Positions 9,280 through 18,691 of a stretch of DNA of 62,211 bases are shown here, one piece after another. Numbering within the stretch: the stretch's first letter is position 1; each line of letters opens with the position of its first letter. A program made the translations under genes and the position numbers. The notes below the pieces were generated by a model. It did no database searches. It was not told the DNA's origin and was given only the letters and a program-made list of their open reading frames with translations. Source of the stretch: Symbiobacterium sp. (GTDB taxonomy: Bacteria; Bacillota; Sulfobacillia; UBA995; UBA9673); assembly GCA_020725405.1 (NCBI GenBank), contig DYFB01000077.1, forward strand, positions 1 through 62,211, read 5' to 3'.

Positions 9280-9954
9280 CTACGGACCCTCGGCGAGGAG
9301 ACCCCCGGTCGTGGCGAAGGCCCGGACCCAGGGAACGGTGTCCTTCCACTTGTTGATGAAGCGCTCGCGGTTGCGGCGGCCTATCTCCGCCGATATGCCC
9401 CCGCTCGCGCCCCCGTAGTGGAAGTAGGGGGCGTAGGTCGTGGTCATCCCGGGCTTCCCGGCGAGGCCCAGGCGCAGGTTGTAGTCCGCGTCCTCGAAGT
9501 AGGCCGGGGCGAAGGTCTCGTCGAAGGGCCCGATCTCCCGGTAGAGCTCCGGGCTCAGAAGGAAGCAGGAGTAGCTGGCCTCCTGGCGGTCTTCGCCCGG
9601 AACCGGGAGCTCCACGCCTTCCAGGTCCTGCGGGCCCAGGTTGTGCTCGACCTTGATGTCAAGGGGAGAGAGAAAGCCGTAGCCCCGCTCGGCCGCTCTC
9701 TCGACGAGACGGTCGACGGTCTGAGGGTGGAACAGGACGTCGTCGTTGGAGACGAGGACCCAGTCGGCTCCCCAGGCCAGGGCTGACTCTATCCCCCTGT
9801 TCCAGGAGGCGGCGAGCGACGGCAGCCTCCCGGACGAGTTGTCGACGATGAAAAGCCTCAGCCTGTGGCTCGTCTCAAGGGTGTTGAGGGCGGCGAAGAG
9901 CAGGTCCGGGCGCCGGAAGTTCACGAACACAGCCCCGAGTCTGAAGCGCTGCAT
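9280..9954 (-). CDS. family 2 glycosyltransferase
   Basis: IVDNSS, SWNRG, SNDD and GPFDETF.PAYFEDADY motifs. Confidence 0.88.
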   Translation of the reverse strand: MQRFRLGAVFVNFRRPDLLFAALNTLETSHRLRLFIVDNSSGRLPSLAASWNRGIESALAWGADWVLVSNDDVLFHPQTVDRLVERAAERGYGFLSPLDIKVEHNLGPQDLEGVELPVPGEDRQEASYSCFLLSPELYREIGPFDETFAPAYFEDADYNLRLGLAGKPGMTTTYAPYFHYGGASGGISAEIGRRNRERFINKWKDTVPWVRAFATTGGLLAEGP

Positions 9955-9957
9955 GGG

Positions 9958-11046
9958 TCACCCTTCCCAGTTCGGTTTCATCAGCAGGTTGAGGTACCGT
10001 TCCGCGGTGCGGTCCCAGGCGTTCTCCTCCACGTAGCGAGCGGCTCTCTCGACGAGGGCCTCCCGCTCGCCGGAGTTATTCCTGAGCAGCCTGATGGCGG
10101 CGGCGATGGTGTCCGGCCGCGGGTCGGGTATCTTGAGGACCTCGTCCGAGAGGTCGGCGAAGTAGACGGCTCGGGTGGTCACGACCGCCTGCCGGGCGGC
10201 GATAGCTTCGTGGGCCATCATCGAGGTCGAGACGGAGGTGCCGTGCTCGGAATAGGGCAGGACGATGAGGTCCACGGCGTGCTGGTAGCGTCCTAGGTCC
10301 TCGTCGGGGACCGGTTCGTGGACAAGGATGACGTTGTCGACAGCGTTCCGCATGGGGTCGCCCCGGCTGAGGCCGCAGGCGACGTAGATGTGGTCGACGG
10401 CCCGGGGGTTCACCGGGTGGGGCGTCGCGCTGATGTACCCGAGCGCGTCCGGGACCTTGCGGACGGCCTCGACGATGTTGGGAATGTTCTTGTGCCTCGC
10501 GGCGAAGCCGAAGAAGCCGACGACGAAGCGGCCGTCGGGGAGGCCCAACTCGGCCCGCGTCTGGGAGCGGTCGCCGAACTGCGCGCGGTAGTCCGGGCAG
10601 CCCATCGGGATGACGGCGAGACTCGACCGGGCCGGCCGGACCGCCCCGCTGAGAAGGTTCCTCCGGGCGACCTCCGAGTGGACGACGAATCTCGCCCGGC
10701 TCCGGAACAGGAAGAGGTGCTGGGCCCCCATCCAGCCGCTCTGGTCGGTGTTGTGCATCGTGATGATGAGGGGGCTCGCCACGGGCTCGAGAAGCCGGAG
10801 GACCTGAACGAGGTTGAAGTAGTAGAGGCTGTACTCATGCTGGAGGAGGATGCCGTCGTAGGCCCGCTCCGCGAGATACGTGCCGATCGTTTTCGGGTGG
10901 GTGGCCACGTCGCTCGTCACTCCGAGGGTGGAGAACCCGCCCCGCAGATTGCGGGTATAAGAAGCGATGCCGCAGCGGCGCCCCCAACTGGGGCAGATGA
11001 GCAGAAGGTGCACGTTCCGATCTCCTCGGTTGCCGATCAGGCCCAC
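9958..11046 (-). CDS. family 4 glycosyltransferase
   Basis: CGIASYT, LQHEY, FFGF..HK and DLIVLPY motifs; GT-B layout. Confidence 0.85.
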   Translation of the reverse strand: MGLIGNRGDRNVHLLLICPSWGRRCGIASYTRNLRGGFSTLGVTSDVATHPKTIGTYLAERAYDGILLQHEYSLYYFNLVQVLRLLEPVASPLIITMHNTDQSGWMGAQHLFLFRSRARFVVHSEVARRNLLSGAVRPARSSLAVIPMGCPDYRAQFGDRSQTRAELGLPDGRFVVGFFGFAARHKNIPNIVEAVRKVPDALGYISATPHPVNPRAVDHIYVACGLSRGDPMRNAVDNVILVHEPVPDEDLGRYQHAVDLIVLPYSEHGTSVSTSMMAHEAIAARQAVVTTRAVYFADLSDEVLKIPDPRPDTIAAAIRLLRNNSGEREALVERAARYVEENAWDRTAERYLNLLMKPNWEG

Positions 11047-11082
11047 CGCCTTCAGGGCGCCCCAGCTCAGGATGCCTTAGGC

Positions 11083-11109
11083 ATATTATGTAGCCCTGCG
11101 GAACGGCGT
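11083..11109 (-). promoter_or_regulatory. SigK-like promoter AC-N17-CATAATAT
   Basis: Exact AC-17-CATAnnnT spacing upstream of the GT4-GT2-methyltransferase operon. Confidence 0.6.
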
Positions 11110-11154
11110 TCGTTTCCGCCGCTCGCGGGCCGTGTCCCGGGGAGTCGCCTCCTT

Positions 11155-11162
11155 CATACTCT
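11155..11162 (+). promoter_or_regulatory. SigK/SigE-like -10 element (CATACTCT)
   Basis: CATAnnnT upstream of CgeB-like paralog 2; the -35 is not an exact match. Confidence 0.4.
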
Positions 11163-11253
11163 GAGATGAGAGCCGCCGCTCAGGCCGGCCCGTCGGTCCC
11201 GGCCCCGGGCGAACCCGGAACGGGGCGGGGCGGGGAGAGAGGGGGACCGGCCG

Positions 11254-12165
11254 GTGGCGCCGTCCATCCTGTACATCACGAGCCCCAAAATCAGGTTCCT
11301 CGAGGACATCATCCACGAGGGCCTCGACGAGCTCCTCGGTCCGGATAACGTCTACTGCTACCCTTACAAGGACTACTCGCGCTTCCAGTACAACCTCTAC
11401 CCCGAGTCGGCGGCCAAAGAGCCGCACCGCAAGCCGATCGGGCGCAGCCGGCTCATGGAGCTCGGCAACGAGGTCACCGCCGTGGTGATCGGGAGCGCGC
11501 GCGCCGAGGCTATCGCGACCTGGCGCAGCATCGAGGACCTGTTCCCCGATCAGCCCGTGGGCATCCTCAACGGGGAGGAGGACTTCGTCCCCTGGCCCAC
11601 GGACATCCGCTACACCCACCGCTTCATAATGGACTTCCTCCCGGAACACCAGGAGCCCGGGGTATACCCCCTGCCGATGGCCGCGCCGCCCCGGGTCATG
11701 CTGCCGGAGGACGTCCCGCGCGACATCGCCGTTTCCTTCGTCGCCCGGAACACGCGCGACGTGCGGATCCGCTGCGCCGAGCTCCTCCGCAAGGCCGGGT
11801 TCATGGTCCTGATGGACGCGGACCTGCCGCGCGAGCAGTTCTGCTGGATACTGAACCGCAGTAAGATAGCTGTCTCGACCCGCGGCGCGGCCCACGATAC
11901 CTTCCGCTACTGGGAAATCCCCTACCATGGTGCGCTCCTCTTGAGCCAGCGGCTCCCCATCCTCATCCCCGACAACTTCGTGGATGGGGAGAGCGCGGTC
12001 TTCTGGGACACGCCCGAAGAGATGGTGGCGAAAATCCGCGAGCTCCTGGCCGATCCGGACCGCCTGGCCCGTATCGCCGCCGCCGGCCGTCGCCTGAGCT
12101 GGGAGAAGCACACGGCTTCGGCCCGGGCCCGCTATCTCCTGGAGAAAATGGGGGTTCGGGTCTAG
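11254..12165 (+). CDS. CgeB-like glycosyltransferase, paralog 2
   Basis: Colinear with 147..1052, sharing long identical peptides (DTFRYWEIPYHGALLLS, LPILIPDNFVDGESAVF). Confidence 0.87.
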   Translation: MAPSILYITSPKIRFLEDIIHEGLDELLGPDNVYCYPYKDYSRFQYNLYPESAAKEPHRKPIGRSRLMELGNEVTAVVIGSARAEAIATWRSIEDLFPDQPVGILNGEEDFVPWPTDIRYTHRFIMDFLPEHQEPGVYPLPMAAPPRVMLPEDVPRDIAVSFVARNTRDVRIRCAELLRKAGFMVLMDADLPREQFCWILNRSKIAVSTRGAAHDTFRYWEIPYHGALLLSQRLPILIPDNFVDGESAVFWDTPEEMVAKIRELLADPDRLARIAAAGRRLSWEKHTASARARYLLEKMGVRV

Positions 12166-12198
12166 ACGAGCAGGTCCCTCGCAGCATCGAAAGCCAAT

Positions 12199-12363
12199 AT
12201 GCCAGCAGACACCAGGGCTTCTCGGGTGAGTTCAGACGGGCGAGCCTTCAACCCTGTTGAGGTTCACCCCAGGAACTTCCGCAACTACCGCCTGATCTGG
12301 GAGCTTTACAGATCGAGCAAGAAACAAACTGCATCTCCTTCCCGCGCCAAGCGCCGAATGTGA
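12199..12363 (+). other. 54-codon lower-GC small ORF, possible foreign gene remnant
   Basis: MPADTRASRVSSDGRAFNPVEVHPRNFRNYRLIWELYRSSKKQTASPSRAKRRM; visibly more A/T-rich than its flanks. Confidence 0.3.
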
Positions 12364-12388
12364 CACCCGCCGGCTCACGCTCGACCGG

Positions 12389-13366
12389 TCAGCGTTCGGC
12401 CAGAAACTCCCGGTACCAGGCGGTGGTCTCCCGGAGACCCCGCTCGAGGCTGTAGGTAGGGCGCCAGCCGAGCACGCGGCGGGCCTTCTCCGCCGATAGG
12501 TACTGCCGGGGTATCTCGGCCGCGGCCGAGTCGAGGATGACCGGCTCGAGGTCCGGGCGGTCCAGGAGCGACAGGATGAGACGGACGACCTCGAGGACGG
12601 TCACGGGGACCTCGCACCCGGCGTTGAAGGCTTCCCCCGGCCGGGGCAGGGTCTGGAGGCGCTCGGCGGCCAGAAGGTAGGCGGCCACCGCGTCGCGGAC
12701 GTAGAGGTAGTCCCGGGTGGCCAGGCCGTCGCTCCGAAGGACGGGCCGTTCGCCCCGCAGGACCGTACGGATGGTCCCCGGGACGAGGCGGTTGAAGTTG
12801 AGGTCGCCCCCGCCGTAGACGTTCCCGCAGCGCAGGATGACCACGGGGAGGTCGTAGGTGTGGGCGTAGCCCTGGGCCAGGAGGTCGGCGCAGCTCTTGG
12901 ACACATCGTAGGGGTGCCGGCCCTGCAGAGGGGCTTCCTCGGTGTAGGGGAGGACTTCGTGCTGTCCGTAAGCCTTGTCGGTCGAGGCCACGACCACGCG
13001 GGTCACCGTCCGCCGGTGGGCCCGGACGGCCTCGAGGAGGTTGTAGGTCCCCCGGATGTTGGCTTCGAAGGTGGACAGGGGAGACCGGTGGGCGGTCCCG
13101 ACGATGGTCTGCGCCCCGAGGTGGAAGACCGTGTCGATCTCGTACTCGTTGACGACGCGCTCGAGCCGCCTGTGGTCCTCGAGAGAGCCTGTCACGGTCG
13201 CGACCCGGGCCCGGTAGCCGCAGGCGTTCAGGTGGGCGGCGGGGACCTCGTCGCGGACGAGGCAGACGACCTCGGCGCCCCGGTCGACCAGCTCGCGGAC
13301 GAGCCAGGAGCCGACGAACCCCGTGCCCCCGGTGACGAAGACCGGCCGCTCCCGCCAGAAGTCCAT
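12389..13366 (-). CDS. rfbG: CDP-glucose 4,6-dehydratase-like SDR
   Basis: DFW...[34 protein letters not shown] and NVYGGGD motifs; directly downstream of rfbF. Confidence 0.8.
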   Translation of the reverse strand: MDFWRERPVFVTGGTGFVGSWLVRELVDRGAEVVCLVRDEVPAAHLNACGYRARVATVTGSLEDHRRLERVVNEYEIDTVFHLGAQTIVGTAHRSPLSTFEANIRGTYNLLEAVRAHRRTVTRVVVASTDKAYGQHEVLPYTEEAPLQGRHPYDVSKSCADLLAQGYAHTYDLPVVILRCGNVYGGGDLNFNRLVPGTIRTVLRGERPVLRSDGLATRDYLYVRDAVAAYLLAAERLQTLPRPGEAFNAGCEVPVTVLEVVRLILSLLDRPDLEPVILDSAAAEIPRQYLSAEKARRVLGWRPTYSLERGLRETTAWYREFLAER

Positions 13367-13370
13367 GGGG

Positions 13371-14144
13371 TCAGTCCCAGACCTTCCAGGGAGGGCGGCC
13401 CGACGCCCAGAGCTGGTTAAGGGTGTTGACGTCCCGCAGCGTGTCCATGCACTGCCAGAAGCCGTGGTGCCGGTAGGCCATGAGCTGGCCGTCCAGGGCG
13501 AGGCGGGCGAGAGGACCCGTCTCGAAGACGGTGTCGTCCCCGGAAAGGTAGTCGAAGACCTCCGGCTCGAGAACGAAGAAGCCGCCGTTTATCCAGCCTC
13601 CGGCGGCCGCCGGCTTCTCGGTGAAGCACGAGACCCGGTCACCGTCGAGCTCGAGCTCTCCGTAGCGGGACGGCGGTCTGACGGCCGTCAGGGTGGCCAG
13701 GCGGCCGTGGGTCCGGTGGAAGGCGACCAGGGCGGCGATGTCGACATCGGAGACGCCGTCACCGTAGGTCAGGAGGAAGGTTCCCCCGCCGGTGAAGGGG
13801 CGGGCCCGGAGCAGGCGTCCCCCCGTCTGCGTCTCGGCCCCGGTGTCGAGGAGGGTCACCGTCCAGTCCTCGCCTTCGCCTCCGCTGTGGATGCGGACGC
13901 GGCCGTCGGTCAGGGTGAGGGTGAGGTCGCGGGTGAGGTGGTAGCGCTCGAGAAAATGGCGCTTGACCACCTCGGCCCGGTAGCCGAGGCAGAGGACGAA
14001 GCTCGTGTGCCCGTGGTGGGCGTAGAGCTTCATTATGTGCCAGAGGAGAGGCCGGCCGCCCACCTCCACCATGGGTTTGGGCCGCACGGCCGTCTCCTCC
14101 GACAGGCGCGTGCCGAGACCTCCGGCGAGGATGACAACGACCAT
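13371..14144 (-). CDS. rfbF: glucose-1-phosphate cytidylyltransferase
   Basis: [40 protein letters not shown] and [11 protein letters not shown] motifs. SD GGAGG before ATG 14144. Confidence 0.95.
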   Translation of the reverse strand: MVVVILAGGLGTRLSEETAVRPKPMVEVGGRPLLWHIMKLYAHHGHTSFVLCLGYRAEVVKRHFLERYHLTRDLTLTLTDGRVRIHSGGEGEDWTVTLLDTGAETQTGGRLLRARPFTGGGTFLLTYGDGVSDVDIAALVAFHRTHGRLATLTAVRPPSRYGELELDGDRVSCFTEKPAAAGGWINGGFFVLEPEVFDYLSGDDTVFETGPLARLALDGQLMAYRHHGFWQCMDTLRDVNTLNQLWASGRPPWKVWD

Positions 14145-14198
14145 GGCCCTCACCTCCCGCGGGCGGCGTGGGGCGCTGGCCGGAGACGCTCCCAGCCC

Positions 14199-14225
14199 AG
14201 CCTATGCCCCGTGCGCAGGGGCCGT
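14199..14225 (-). promoter_or_regulatory. SigK-like promoter AC-N17-CATAGGCT
   Basis: Exact AC-17-CATAnnnT spacing upstream of rfbF. Confidence 0.6.
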
Positions 14226-14255
14226 GAAGGGCTGCTCCGGCCCCGAGCGGCCTTG

Positions 14256-14285
14256 TTGACACGCTCCGAGACAGCGGAGTATCAT
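14256..14285 (+). promoter_or_regulatory. SigA promoter of trpS (TTGACA-N18-TATCAT), predicting a leaderless mRNA
   Basis: The -10 ends 6 nt before ATG 14292; no SD. Confidence 0.7.
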
Positions 14286-14291
14286 TTGCCC

Positions 14292-15272
14292 ATGGCGCGG
14301 GTCTTCTCGGGCGTCCAGCCCTCCGGCGATCTCACCATAGGCAACTACCTCGGGGCGCTGCGGCACTTCGTGGTCCTGCAGCACGAGCACGAGTGCTACT
14401 TCTGCGTCGTGGACCTCCACGCCCTGACCCTTCCCCAGGACCCCGGGGAGCTGAGGGCGAGGACCGAGAAGGTCGCCGCGCTCCTCTTGGCCTGCGGTCT
14501 CGACCCGGCTAGGGTGACCCTCTTCGTCCAGTCCCATGTCCCCGCCCACGCCGAGCTCTGTTGGCTGTTCTTCGGCCTCACCTACCTGGGCGAGCTCTCG
14601 CGGATGACCCAGTTCAAGGACAAGGCGCGAAACCGGAAGACAGTCACCACCGGGCTCCTGAACTACCCGGTCCTGATGGCCGCTGACATCCTCCTCTACC
14701 AGGCCGGTCTGGTCCCCGTGGGCGACGACCAGAAGCAGCATCTCGAGCTGGCGCGGGACATCGCGGTGAGGTTCAACAACCGCTTCGGGGAGACGTTCGT
14801 CGTTCCCGAGCCGATGATCGCCAAGGTCGGGGCGCGCATCATGTCTCTCGACGACCCGACGAGGAAGATGTCCAAGAGCGAGACGCCTGACAGCTACGTG
14901 GCCCTCCTCGACCCGCCCGAGGTCGTGGCGGCCAAGCTGGCCAGGGCGGTCACGGACTCGGGGCGCGAAATCCGCTACAGGCCGAAGGAGAAGCCCGGCA
15001 TCTCCAACCTTCTCACCATCTACGCTCTCTCGGCCGGGAAGACGGTCAGGGAGGCCGAGGCCGAGTTCGACGGTCTGGGGTACGCCGACTTCAAGAAGGC
15101 CGTGGCCGAGGCTGTCGTTGAGACCCTCCGGCCCATCCAGGCCCGCTACCGGGAGCTGATAGGGTCGGCCGAGCTGCGGGACATCCTTCGCGAAGGAAGC
15201 CGGCGCGCGGCTGATGTCGCCGCCGTGACCCTCCGGACCGTCCAGGAGAAAATGGGTATCCTTCTTCCCTGA
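14292..15272 (+). CDS. trpS: tryptophan--tRNA ligase
   Basis: FSGVQPSG..TIGNY, YPVLMAADIL, VPVGDDQKQH and KMSKS motifs. Confidence 0.97.
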   Translation: MARVFSGVQPSGDLTIGNYLGALRHFVVLQHEHECYFCVVDLHALTLPQDPGELRARTEKVAALLLACGLDPARVTLFVQSHVPAHAELCWLFFGLTYLGELSRMTQFKDKARNRKTVTTGLLNYPVLMAADILLYQAGLVPVGDDQKQHLELARDIAVRFNNRFGETFVVPEPMIAKVGARIMSLDDPTRKMSKSETPDSYVALLDPPEVVAAKLARAVTDSGREIRYRPKEKPGISNLLTIYALSAGKTVREAEAEFDGLGYADFKKAVAEAVVETLRPIQARYRELIGSAELRDILREGSRRAADVAAVTLRTVQEKMGILLP

Positions 15273-15374
15273 CCACCCTACCGCCCCAGCGCTCCACCGC
15301 CGCCTGCGACTCCGAGCGCGGTACCGCGGCCACCGGTTGAAGGAACTTCATGGGTCGATTGCTAATCTCGCCCC

Positions 15375-16685
15375 GTGCGGACCAATCGGACCCAACGGAG
15401 GGACCTCAACCCTGCGCCGGTGGCCCCCGCGGCGACGGCGGTGGCTCTTCTTCTGGCCGTCGTCGTAGGCCTGGCCGCCCTCAGCCCGAGCCGGCCGTTC
15501 CAGCCCTGGCCGCCGGCCGGCGGGTTCGCCGGACCGACGGTCGGCGGACCGGCCGGCCCTTCGGGCGCTCTCGCCGGCTCGTCCGCCGGGCCGGACGGGT
15601 CATCCCCTTCCGGTCCGGGCGCCCCGTCGGCCGCTTCCGGTGGTCCGGTCACGCTCCTTCTCGGCGGGGACCTCCTTCTCGACCTGGCCGTGGGCCGGAC
15701 GCTGGCCGCGGAGGGCGCGGCCCGCACGTTCGCCGGCTGGCTCGACCTGCGGGACAGGTGGGGCCCCGCCCTCGGGTTCGCCAACCTCGAGTCCCCGGTC
15801 TCCGACGTCGGCGAGGCCCTGAGCGGCAAGCGCTACACCTTCCGGGCCGAGCCGCCGGCAGCTCCGGCCCTGCGCGAAGGCGGGTTTGAGGTCGTCTCTC
15901 TGGCCAACAACCACGCCCTTGACTTCGGTACCGCGGCGCTCCTGGATACTCTGGCCCGGCTGTCGGCGGCGGGTGTGACGGCCGTCGGGGCCGGGGCCGA
16001 CGCCGGCGAGGCTTACGCTCCGCGGATCGTGCGGGCCGGCGGGGCGGACCTCGCCTTCCTCGCCTTCACCGACACCTTCGCCGTGCCCGTCGCCCACCGC
16101 GAGATGTGGGGGGCCGGCGCCGACCGGCCCGGGACGGCCCTCCTCACCGAGCGGGCCCGCGTCCTCGAGGCCGTCGCCGCGGCCCGGGGCAGCGGCGCGG
16201 ATATCGTGGTCGTCTCCGTCCACTGGGGCTACGAGTACGTGCGCCGGCCTGCCCCGGCCGAGCGGGCCCTTGCCCGGGACATCATCGACGCCGGCGCCGA
16301 CCTCGTCGTGGGCCATCATCCCCACGTCACCCAGGGCCTCGAGATCTACCGGGGACGGCTCATCCTCTACAGCCTCGGCAACCTCCTCTTCGATTCGGAG
16401 AAGTCTCCGGACCGGGCAGTCGCCGCCCTGGTAACCTTCGTGCGTGACCCGGCCGGCACATGGGCGCCGGGCGAGTGCCGCCTTCGCGCCATGACCATGG
16501 ACCGGCGGAGCCTCACTCCCTGTCCCGCGGGTGACGCCGGGGCCCGGGCCCTGCTCGAGGAAGTGGCCGACCTTTCCCGGGCCCTCGGGACCCGTGTCCG
16601 CCTGGAGGGTGACGAGCTCGTCGTCGAGGGGTTGGCCTCTCCGGGGAGTGAGCCGCCGGAGGAGGCGGAGGTGGGCGGACGGTAG
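15375..16685 (+). CDS. CapA-family (PGA_cap) metallophosphatase, membrane-anchored
   Basis: GGDL, ANLESP, LANNHALDFG, SVHWGYEY, GHHPHV and YSLGN motifs; N-terminal TM and low-complexity linker. Confidence 0.9.
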   Translation: MRTNRTQRRDLNPAPVAPAATAVALLLAVVVGLAALSPSRPFQPWPPAGGFAGPTVGGPAGPSGALAGSSAGPDGSSPSGPGAPSAASGGPVTLLLGGDLLLDLAVGRTLAAEGAARTFAGWLDLRDRWGPALGFANLESPVSDVGEALSGKRYTFRAEPPAAPALREGGFEVVSLANNHALDFGTAALLDTLARLSAAGVTAVGAGADAGEAYAPRIVRAGGADLAFLAFTDTFAVPVAHREMWGAGADRPGTALLTERARVLEAVAAARGSGADIVVVSVHWGYEYVRRPAPAERALARDIIDAGADLVVGHHPHVTQGLEIYRGRLILYSLGNLLFDSEKSPDRAVAALVTFVRDPAGTWAPGECRLRAMTMDRRSLTPCPAGDAGARALLEEVADLSRALGTRVRLEGDELVVEGLASPGSEPPEEAEVGGR

Positions 16686-16789
16686 TCACGCCCTTCTTCC
16701 GAAGCTGGTAGTTGGCCACGCGAGGGTGGGGCGGGATGCGAGCCGCCGGCGCGCGAGGCGCGCCGGCGGCCGGACGACCATCGGTCAGG

Positions 16790-18568
16790 TCAGGGCTTGA
16801 GGCGGCCCATCAACACGGCCGCTTCGGCCCGGGTGAGTTCCCGGAGCGGCCGGAAGGTCCCGTCCGGGTACCCCTGCAGGAGGCCCTTCTGACCGGATTC
16901 CACCACGCCGCCGAGAGCCCAGGCGGCGATGAGGGTTGCATCGGTGTACTGCGGGGGTGTGGCTCCGGCCGGGAGCGGGCGGCCGGCCGCGATTCGCGCG
17001 GCCACGACCGCCGCCTCCTGGCGGGTGAGCCAGCGATTCGGCTCGAAGAGGCCGGCGTCGGTGCCTGTCATGTACCCCGCGCCCAGGACGCGGCGGACCG
17101 AGTCGTAGTACCAGCTTCCGGGCAGAACGTCGGAGAGCGGGGGCGTCGTCGCCGGGGCCGGTCCGAGGTCGAGGGCCCGTGCGAGCAGGGCGGCGAACTC
17201 GGCCCGGGTGACGGGGAGCTCGGGTTGGTAGCGCGCGTCTCCGGTCCCCTCGACGATGCCGGCGGCAGCCAGGCGGGTGATGACGGTGTAGGCCCAGTGG
17301 TCGCTGGCGACGTCCTCGAACGGGAGGTCAGCCGCCGGAGGTGGCGAGCTGCCGGGCGGGGTGGTGCCGGGCGCGCCTCCGTCATCGGGCGAGGTCCCGC
17401 CGCCGGGCGGGGTGCCGCCACCGGGAGGGGTGCTCGCAGGAGTGGTCCCGCCGCCCTGGCCGGGGCCGGGGGCCGAAGCGGGCTTCCCGAGCCCGCCCGA
17501 CGCTCCGGCTGTTCCGGCGATGACCTGCCAGAACCGGGCGTCCTCCTGCCCGAGCGACCAGAGAGCCACGCCCGCGAGGTCGTAGCGGTTCACTAGGTCG
17601 ACCTTGAAGTCGATTGAGTGGCTGTTCTCGTACCAGACCTGGTGCTTCACCCCGCCGCTGTAGTAGGTGAAGTAGGGGACCTTGTAGGTGTCGTGCCAGT
17701 AGACGGTCGCCCCGTAGCGCTCGGCCAGGCCTGGAGCCTGCCAGGCCCTGACGCTGCTTACGCCTCGGGAGGACCAGTCGTAGCCGTAGCCGGCGAGGCC
17801 GAGGAGGAGCTTCTCCTTGGGCACGACCGTGAGGGAGTACTTGATGACCCGCTCGACCCAGTCGGCGGCGGCGACAGGCCCGGGGCCGGACCAGGTCCCG
17901 TGCTGGTCGTAGGTCATGAGGACGAGGTAGTCCACGACCCTCCCCAGGGCGGCGAAGTCGAAGCACGCGGCGAAGCTGTTGATGGAGTCGTCGGGCGACC
18001 ACTTGGCCGGCACGGCCATGGTCACGAGAAGGCCGGCCGGCTTGAGCCTCGCCGACAGCTCCTCCATGAAGGCGGTGACGCCCGGACGCGTCCACGGCGG
18101 CATGCCCTCGAAGTCGATATTGACTCCGTCGTAGCCGTTGTCGACGAGCATTCTGTAGATGTTCTCAATCGAGCGCTGCCGCAGGCGGGGGTCCATCAGG
18201 ACACCGTTGTCGCTGAGCTTGTTGATCAGGGGGAGGACCTTCTGCCCGCTCTTCCGGACCATGTCGGCCAGGGCAGCGTGACCTGTTTCGCGGGGCCAGA
18301 GGGTGCCGTCGGCCCTCAAGGTGTACCAGTAGGGTGAGAAGAAGTCAATCCTGGACAGGTTGGCCTTGAGGGAGTTCATGGGTTCGGGCTCACTTCCCCA
18401 CTGCGCCCAGTAGCCCATGAACATCTTCCGGGAGAATGACTCGGCGAGGGCCGTCCGGGGGTGGTTTACGGCGGCGGCGAGGGTGACGACGAGCGCCGCG
18501 GCGACAGCCGCGGCCAAGAGGCGGCCGGGAATCCCGCGGGTCCTGCGGATACAAGCCGTCGGTCTCAT
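16790..18568 (-). CDS. secreted GH18 glycoside hydrolase (YaaH/SleL-like) with C-terminal SLH domains
   Basis: Signal peptide, DGVNIDFE catalytic motif, MTYDQH, WSLGQED, Pro/Gly linker and three SLH repeats (TRAEFA, TRQEAA, GYPDGTFRP..TRAEAA). SD AGGAGG. Confidence 0.92.
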   Translation of the reverse strand: MRPTACIRRTRGIPGRLLAAAVAAALVVTLAAAVNHPRTALAESFSRKMFMGYWAQWGSEPEPMNSLKANLSRIDFFSPYWYTLRADGTLWPRETGHAALADMVRKSGQKVLPLINKLSDNGVLMDPRLRQRSIENIYRMLVDNGYDGVNIDFEGMPPWTRPGVTAFMEELSARLKPAGLLVTMAVPAKWSPDDSINSFAACFDFAALGRVVDYLVLMTYDQHGTWSGPGPVAAADWVERVIKYSLTVVPKEKLLLGLAGYGYDWSSRGVSSVRAWQAPGLAERYGATVYWHDTYKVPYFTYYSGGVKHQVWYENSHSIDFKVDLVNRYDLAGVALWSLGQEDARFWQVIAGTAGASGGLGKPASAPGPGQGGGTTPASTPPGGGTPPGGGTSPDDGGAPGTTPPGSSPPPAADLPFEDVASDHWAYTVITRLAAAGIVEGTGDARYQPELPVTRAEFAALLARALDLGPAPATTPPLSDVLPGSWYYDSVRRVLGAGYMTGTDAGLFEPNRWLTRQEAAVVAARIAAGRPLPAGATPPQYTDATLIAAWALGGVVESGQKGLLQGYPDGTFRPLRELTRAEAAVLMGRLKP

Positions 18569-18691
18569 GACGAACCTCCTCGGAGCGGTCAGGAGTGGAA
18601 CCGGCCGGGTGATGTGGTCCGGACCGGCAAGTGAGTTGACATAAGATTGCGCTTGGCGTAGGTCCATTCCTTCAGGTAAAGGTGGGTAACG

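Noticed and set aside
13323-14291. N-terminal extension of TrpS (649-aa ORF)
   Set aside because: Antisense shadow of rfbF. The TrpS motifs and promoter place the start at 14292.
15375-16685. Poly-gamma-glutamate capsule operon
   Set aside because: Only a CapA-domain gene is present; capB and capC are absent.
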